Shown: positions 26,869 to 32,000 of the stretch, in pieces
Layout of the letters: each line of letters begins with the position of its first letter
How positions within the stretch are numbered: position 1 is the first letter of the stretch
From: Candidatus Electronema halotolerans
GTDB taxonomy: Bacteria > Desulfobacterota > Desulfobulbia > Desulfobulbales > Desulfobulbaceae
Assembly (NCBI GenBank): GCA_942493095.1
Contig: OW818675.1
Coordinates: 840,001 to 872,000 of the forward strand
DNA length: 32,000 nucleotides
Direction: 5' to 3'
Notes under the pieces: model-generated
The model's input: only the letters and a program-made list of their open reading frames with translations
The model's database searches: none
Told to the model about the DNA's origin: nothing
Program-made: the position numbers and the translations under genes

Positions 26869-27927
26869 ATGAAACTGCTTATTGCTGATGACGAACTATC
26901 AACCAGAGTTTTTCTCCGGCACTGCGCCGCCAGATGGGGCTATGAACTTGTCGAGGCTTCAGACGGCTTGGAAGCTTTGTCCATGCTGCGCGAAGCAGAC
27001 CCGCCCCGGATTGCGGTGCTGGACTGGATGATGCCCGGCTTGGACGGCGTGGAAATTTGCTCCCGGCTCAATGCTGAGGACAATGGCCCGCTGATCTACA
27101 CCATCCTGCTCACTGGCAGGAACGACAAGGAGGACGTGATCCATGCCTTGGATCATGGCGCGCACGATTTTCTCAGCAAACCCGTGCATATCGGCGAGCT
27201 GCAAAGCCGGATCGCAGTTGGCCGGCGGCTGGTCGAGGCCCATGACCGCCTGCTGGAGCTGGACCGGCTCAAAGAACGTTTTCTCCGCATTGCCGCTCAT
27301 GACCTCCGCAACCCGCTCGGCTACATCATCACCATGAGCGAGATGCTCACAGACCGTGATTTTGTTGAAGTCCGCCAAGAGATGGACAGCCATCTGCGCA
27401 GCATTCATGAGACCGCCTCGACCATGCAAAATTTGATCAACGATCTGCTCGACTTGGCGGCAGTCTGGGAAGGCAGGTTCACGATCAGCAGAAAACCAGC
27501 CTTGCTGCATGAGATAGTCCGGCAGGCCGTGGCCGAGCGGCGGCCTGCGGCGGCGGACCGGCAGCTGCGGTTAGTCGAGCGGCTGGCTGAGGTGCCGCCG
27601 GTCAGTTGCGACCCGGATCGCATTCAGCAGGCGATTGACCGGCTGCTGACCAATGCCTTCAAACTTGCCCCTTCCGCCTCAACGGTCACAGTGAGCGCGG
27701 AGCCGGAAGGAAGCAGCGTCCGGGTGGCAGTGTCTGATCAGGGGCCGCGCCGGAACAGCAGGGAGCTGGCCGCCTTTTCCGCCGCCGCTCCGTCCGCAGA
27801 CGGCAGGGACAGCAATCTCAGTCTGACCGTGGTCAAAAAAATCATTGAGCTGCATCAGGGCCGGGTCCAGGCGGAACAGCAGGCTGGCGGCGGCAGCGTC
27901 TTCAGCTTCACCCTGCCTTTGACCTGA
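26869..27927 (+). CDS. Response regulator receiver/histidine kinase hybrid protein
   Basis: REC: MKLLIADDELSTRVFL...VLDWMMPGLDGVEIC...TILLTG...FLSKP. HisKA: FLRIAAHDLRNPLGYIITMSEML. N-box-like DRLLTNAFKLAP and atypical ATP-lid region. ATG at 26869 or 26863. Confidence 0.9.
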   Translation: MKLLIADDELSTRVFLRHCAARWGYELVEASDGLEALSMLREADPPRIAVLDWMMPGLDGVEICSRLNAEDNGPLIYTILLTGRNDKEDVIHALDHGAHDFLSKPVHIGELQSRIAVGRRLVEAHDRLLELDRLKERFLRIAAHDLRNPLGYIITMSEMLTDRDFVEVRQEMDSHLRSIHETASTMQNLINDLLDLAAVWEGRFTISRKPALLHEIVRQAVAERRPAAADRQLRLVERLAEVPPVSCDPDRIQQAIDRLLTNAFKLAPSASTVTVSAEPEGSSVRVAVSDQGPRRNSRELAAFSAAAPSADGRDSNLSLTVVKKIIELHQGRVQAEQQAGGGSVFSFTLPLT

Positions 27928-27951
27928 AACACCAGCAGGCAGCAGAGCATC

Positions 27952-30267
27952 ATGAAAAAATCCATAGGCATTGATCTGGGAACCACCAATTCCGCCGCCG
28001 CAATCAGAAAAGTGAGCGTTGAGGTGCTGCGGAACGCTGAAGGCGAATACATCACCCCGTCCTGCGTCACGGTGCGCAAGCGCCTGATGCGGAAGCCGGA
28101 TTTCATTGTTGGCCGTCATGCCTTGGAATGGCTGCGGCAGGAGCCGGAAAACACGGTGACAACGGTCAAACGGCTGATTGGCCGCAGCTTTCAGGATGCA
28201 GAGGTGCAGGAGCTGATCGTCAGCCAGCGTTTCCGCTGCCGTCTGGCCCCGCATTCGCACGGCTCGGAAAACAGTCTCTCCATTCTTGCCGGAGGCCGCG
28301 AGTTCACGCCCGAGGAAATTTCCGCCAAGATTCTGGCTAAAATCAAGGCGGATGCGGAGCATGCTCTGGGTGACGCAGTGGATTCGGCAGTCATCACTGT
28401 GCCTGCCTATTTCAATGACAAGCAGAAGCATGCCACCCGCACTGCCGCTGCCTTGGCCGGGCTGAAGGTCAGCCGCCTGCTGCCTGAACCCACAGCAGCG
28501 GCCATCTCCTTCGGCGTTGACAAGGTTGCCGAAGATGAGGGCAAGACTGTGCTGGTCTTTGATTTTGGCGGCGGCACCTTGGATCTGTCCGTGCTCGCCA
28601 TCAGCGGCGGCCAGATCATTGAAATGGGCAAGGGCGGCGACATGTGGCTGGGCGGCGAGGACATTGACAGCCTGATCATCAATCATGCCCTCCAAGAAGC
28701 AGGCGGCGAGGAGGGTGCCGGACGCATCTATGCCCTGCTGGCCCGGCAGGATGAGACGGCCCGGAACCGCTTCATGGCTGAACTGAAGACTGCGGCGGAA
28801 AAGGCCAAGATCGCCTTGACTGAGCAGGAGGATGCCTGCCTTGAGGTGCTGGGGTTGCTGACCGATGAGGACGGCGATGCAGTGGATATTGAGGTTGAAC
28901 TGCGCCGTTCGCAGCTGGAGGCCATGCTGGCTGCCAAACGCGACGCAGTGCTCAAGCTGCTGCGCCGCCTGCTGGCCGAGCTGCATTTCACGCCTGAGCT
29001 GATTGACCAAGTCCTGATGGTGGGCGGCAGCTCCTGTATCCCCTGTTTTTGCAGAGATTTGCAGGAGGAATTCGGAGAGGGGAAAGTCCTGCTCCATGAG
29101 CGGCCCATGCTGGCGGTTGCTGAAGGCGCGGCCATCCTCAGTCATCGTCTGGCAGACACTCAAGAATGCCCTGGTTGTGGCAGTGAAGCCGGGCGCAACG
29201 ATGCCGCCTGTCCGCACTGCGGTTTTGATCTGGAAGCCTACACGGCAAAACAGGGCTTGGTAGATATTGTTCATGCGGCGGCCCATGATTATTTCATCCG
29301 GCTGGAAAATGATCAACGTTTTCTCATGGTCGAGAAAAACACGCCGCTGCCCTGCTCCAGCACTGAGATTTTCCAGCTCGTGGCAGCGGAGCAGGAGCTG
29401 GTGCATATAAAATTTTTCAATATTGTCAATGATAGGGAGGAAAGCATCGGCGACCTCTGGCTCGGCATTGACCGCGATGGTCAGGAAGAGAAGGAGGGCC
29501 GTGCGGACGAGCTGCCGCGTGTCGCAGTCACCTTGGATATTGATGAAAATAATTTGGTTTCGGTGCGGGCGGCCTTGGTCGGGCAGCCAGAGGTGAAGGT
29601 GGCAGGCACGCTCTCACGCGGCAAGGCGGATGAGAAGCTCTTCCTCAGCTTGGAGCGGACCATCAGCGAGGCAGATCAGAAGGGTTATTCCACCTACACG
29701 GTCACAGATCTGCTCAACCGGGCCAGAGCCATCATCCGTCTGATTCATCAGGTGGTTGACCCGGAAACCGGCAAGGTTGACGAGGAGCTGCGCCGCTCTG
29801 TGGAGGAAAAAATCAGCAAGGCCGTGCAGATAGCCCAAGACGAAGAAGCACCGCTGACCCGCATTTATTATGCGGAAAGCATGCTGGAAGATTACGGCAG
29901 GCTGATCAAACCGGATTTGGCGGCGCAGATGCAGAAAAAAATTGATTTGCTGCGCCAAGCGGACGAGGAAGGAACGTATGAGGAGACCATGCAGGCTATG
30001 GAAAATCTGGCCGACCTGCTGGAAGACCCAAGGCTGGAGCTGGTTCATGCCCTGACCCAGATTGAAAACGCCTGCGAAATCTGCTATCAGAGCGATCCGG
30101 GCCAGGCAAAGCGGTTCATGCGGGCGGCAGCGGACGTGCTCGCTTCAGCGGAAAGCGGCGGCGAGCTGCTGATGGATGAAGTGCTGGCAATCATGCCGGA
30201 AGTGGAGGAGGTGCTGGATCAGCACGCCCGCAGCACCCAGAAGATTTATCGGGACATCAGAAAATGA
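27952..30267 (+). CDS. Hsp70 (DnaK-like) family protein with internal zinc ribbon
   Basis: IGIDLGTTNSAAAI, TVPAYFNDKQKHATRTAAALAGLKVSRLLPEPTAAAISFG, VLVFDFGGGTLDLSVL and VLMVGGSSCIPCF; then ECPGCGSEAGRNDAACPHCGFD. Confidence 0.9.
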   Translation: MKKSIGIDLGTTNSAAAIRKVSVEVLRNAEGEYITPSCVTVRKRLMRKPDFIVGRHALEWLRQEPENTVTTVKRLIGRSFQDAEVQELIVSQRFRCRLAPHSHGSENSLSILAGGREFTPEEISAKILAKIKADAEHALGDAVDSAVITVPAYFNDKQKHATRTAAALAGLKVSRLLPEPTAAAISFGVDKVAEDEGKTVLVFDFGGGTLDLSVLAISGGQIIEMGKGGDMWLGGEDIDSLIINHALQEAGGEEGAGRIYALLARQDETARNRFMAELKTAAEKAKIALTEQEDACLEVLGLLTDEDGDAVDIEVELRRSQLEAMLAAKRDAVLKLLRRLLAELHFTPELIDQVLMVGGSSCIPCFCRDLQEEFGEGKVLLHERPMLAVAEGAAILSHRLADTQECPGCGSEAGRNDAACPHCGFDLEAYTAKQGLVDIVHAAAHDYFIRLENDQRFLMVEKNTPLPCSSTEIFQLVAAEQELVHIKFFNIVNDREESIGDLWLGIDRDGQEEKEGRADELPRVAVTLDIDENNLVSVRAALVGQPEVKVAGTLSRGKADEKLFLSLERTISEADQKGYSTYTVTDLLNRARAIIRLIHQVVDPETGKVDEELRRSVEEKISKAVQIAQDEEAPLTRIYYAESMLEDYGRLIKPDLAAQMQKKIDLLRQADEEGTYEETMQAMENLADLLEDPRLELVHALTQIENACEICYQSDPGQAKRFMRAAADVLASAESGGELLMDEVLAIMPEVEEVLDQHARSTQKIYRDIRK

Positions 30268-31370
30268 GCCAGAGCTGTTCCTGTCCAGTCTGCGGGCGGC
30301 AGGGGCTGCCCGCAGACTGCGCCAGCTGCCCGCAGTGCGATTCTGATTTGACCTGCTTTCAGGTGCTTGATTCCCTGTCCTCCAATAAGGCCGAGCAGAC
30401 GGGCCGCCGTTTTTCGTGGCGGGCGCTGCTGGCAGGGGCTGCCTTCCTCCTGCTGCTGGCAGTGCTGGCCGCAGTCTGGCAAAGCAAGGTGCCGGGACCG
30501 TTGCTGACAGCCTCCCAAGACCGCCAAGCTGCGCTGCCTGCTTCAGCTTCTGACGGCAAAATTCACATTGATGCCCAGATACGGATTCTCGATGACCGGC
30601 AGGAGCGGGAAAACCGCCAGCACCGAGCTGCTCAATCTGTTGCCATTGAAGAAAAAAAACAGGTTGACAAGCCTGCGCAGGAGGAGGTGCGGCAGATGGT
30701 GCCTGATGAGGAATCTTCTGATGCTCCGGCAGCGCAGGAAACTGTTGCGCCTGCGCTGCCGGAGCAGACAGAACAGGCCGACAGTGACAGCAGCGTCCCG
30801 GAGCCGCTGCCAGTGGAATTGTCCGAGCCAGTTGCAAAAAAAGCTGTTGCTGCGGCATCTGCGCCTGATCAGCAAGCTGCCGAGCCTGCACCAGCACCGC
30901 CGCCTGAGCTGCCAGTGCTGCAAGGCCGCCGCAAGCGGGCAGTGCGGACCCGGGCAGTGTCCGGCCTGCGCGAAGCCGCTGCAAAATCGGCAAACCAGAA
31001 GAACAGCAAAAGCACCTTGGTTTATCACGCCCAAAACGGCGAGACGGTCTGGGAGCTGGCTGAACGGTTTTACGGCGAGGGCAAATACTATCCTCTGATC
31101 ATGGAGCTGAATCCGCAGGTCGTGCAAGGCCGCGTCCGGGGCAGCGACAAAGTCCGGCTCCTTGCTGACCGGCGGCAGGCCGCAGCCCTGTATCAGCGCA
31201 GCACCGAGCAGCGCGACGGCCTGCTGCTCTGGAAGCACAAGGTGCAGCCGGGCGAGACGTGGCAGTCCATCTATGCCCGCTTCTTCCCGCCCAAATACTC
31301 CGGCATGGTTTTTTATCCCGGAGACCAGAAAGTGGTTCCCGGCAGCACGGTCAGGATTATTCTCCGTTGA
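30264..31370 (+). CDS. Membrane protein with N-terminal zinc ribbon, single TM and C-terminal LysM-like repeats
   Basis: CSCPVCGRQGLPADCASCPQCD; TM WRALLAGAAFLLLLAVLAAVW; Pro/Glu/Ala-rich linker; LVYHAQNGETVWELAERFYGEGKYYPLIMELNP and KHKVQPGETWQSIYARFFPP. ATGA overlap with the Hsp70-like gene. Confidence 0.75.
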   Translation: MSQSCSCPVCGRQGLPADCASCPQCDSDLTCFQVLDSLSSNKAEQTGRRFSWRALLAGAAFLLLLAVLAAVWQSKVPGPLLTASQDRQAALPASASDGKIHIDAQIRILDDRQERENRQHRAAQSVAIEEKKQVDKPAQEEVRQMVPDEESSDAPAAQETVAPALPEQTEQADSDSSVPEPLPVELSEPVAKKAVAAASAPDQQAAEPAPAPPPELPVLQGRRKRAVRTRAVSGLREAAAKSANQKNSKSTLVYHAQNGETVWELAERFYGEGKYYPLIMELNPQVVQGRVRGSDKVRLLADRRQAAALYQRSTEQRDGLLLWKHKVQPGETWQSIYARFFPPKYSGMVFYPGDQKVVPGSTVRIILR

Positions 31371-31375
31371 AGGTG

Positions 31376-32000
31376 ATGGGACACACTTGTTTTTTCAGCC
31401 TGAAAGGGCTTTTTCATAAAAGACGGGCCGCCCAGCTTGAGGCGGAATGCCGACGGCTGCAGGAGGCTGCCGGGCAGGCTGAGGCGGCTGATGATCATCT
31501 CCGCGCTGCCGGGCTGCTGGAGCAAGTTCACACTCTCCGGCCTGAGAACGCGCTGCTCTTGCGGCTGGCCCGCTGCTGGCTGCGGGCCGGACAATGGCAG
31601 CAGGCTGCGGATGCCTACAGTGAGACAGGCTGTTCTGGGGCGGCAGATTGGTATGATGCCGGTTTCGCCTTGGCCAAGCTGGACCGCTTTGCGGTCTGTC
31701 TGCGCTGCTGGCGGCAGACCGGCTCAAGTCATCCAGCTTTTCTTGCCCAGCAGAAGCAGGTCAGCCTCCTGCTCCTTCAGGAACTGAGCCGCTGCTTGGA
31801 CGAGCAATCTTGGGCGCAGGAGGAGCAGGTCCGTGCTCTGCTGACCGAATTTTCCTTGACTGAACTGCCTGGCGGCCATGAGCTGCTGGCCCGTTGCGAC
31901 CGGGTGCGGCTGGCCCGGCTCTGGCAGGAAGACCGGCTGGAGGAGATCATGGCAATGGCGGCAGAGAACGATCTCAACCATCCGGCAGTGCTGGAAATTC
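31376..32000 (+). CDS. Partial CDS running off the window, TPR-like helical protein
   Basis: ATG 31376 opens a stop-free frame to 32000: MGHTCFFSLKGLFHKRRAAQLEAECRRLQEAAGQAEAADDHLRAAGLLEQVHTLRPENALLLRLARCWLRAGQWQQAADAYSETGCSGAADWYDAGFAFAKLDRF... Begins 5 bp after the LysM-like ORF. Confidence 0.6.
   Translation, partial: MGHTCFFSLKGLFHKRRAAQLEAECRRLQEAAGQAEAADDHLRAAGLLEQVHTLRPENALLLRLARCWLRAGQWQQAADAYSETGCSGAADWYDAGFALAKLDRFAVCLRCWRQTGSSHPAFLAQQKQVSLLLLQELSRCLDEQSWAQEEQVRALLTEFSLTELPGGHELLARCDRVRLARLWQEDRLEEIMAMAAENDLNHPAVLEI

Noticed and set aside
26199-26870. Short ORFs (70-107 aa) upstream of the hybrid kinase
   Set aside because: No domains, poor start contexts, composition typical of random ORFs.
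27679-29406. 575-aa minus-strand ORF opposite the kinase and Hsp70-like genes
   Set aside because: Antisense shadow ORF in GC-rich coding DNA. Low-complexity His/Gln/Ala-rich translation with no domains, while both plus-strand ORFs carry strong conserved motifs.
30145-31238. Two long minus-strand ORFs (282 and 231 aa) opposite the LysM-like gene
   Set aside because: Low-complexity shadows of the Ala/Glu/Pro-rich linker. The plus strand has the zinc ribbon, TM and LysM-like motifs plus an ATGA overlap.

Overview
GC-rich bacterial chromosomal window, mostly housekeeping genes. My reading of Desulfobacterota-like ancestry is inference only. Confident content: leuB; a GGGtGRT-protein plus IscU/NifU-like scaffold pair; a KDPG aldolase; an FtsL-like/FtsI-like pair; a 1304-bp IS5-type insertion sequence with readable ends and target duplication; cmoA-miaB; a D,D-carboxypeptidase; RNase P RNA; RNase HI; a C4 zinc-ribbon protein; a Nif3-like protein; tRNA-CAU; a VIT1/CCC1-type transporter; TolC; mnmA; nhaA; rplU-rpmA; two glycosyltransferases; and an operon-like cluster of hybrid REC/histidine kinase, Hsp70-like protein with zinc ribbon, zinc-ribbon/TM/LysM-like protein and a partial C-terminal-truncated CDS. 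Items most worth a second look: (1) an FtsI-like protein that appears to have lost the SxxK and KTG motifs; (2) a small orphan CRISPR-like array (three 36-nt repeats, 35/37-nt spacers, no cas genes) beside the IS; (3) the Hsp70/zinc-ribbon/LysM-like cluster at the right edge; (4) an unannotated 45-aa Cys-containing lipoprotein ORF coupled to a deacetylase-like gene and tolC; (5) two tandem hairpins with covarying stems and a conserved CCTCCTTT loop; (6) a possible pseudoknotted leader upstream of a small exported protein. I cannot show that any of these is undescribed without database searches.
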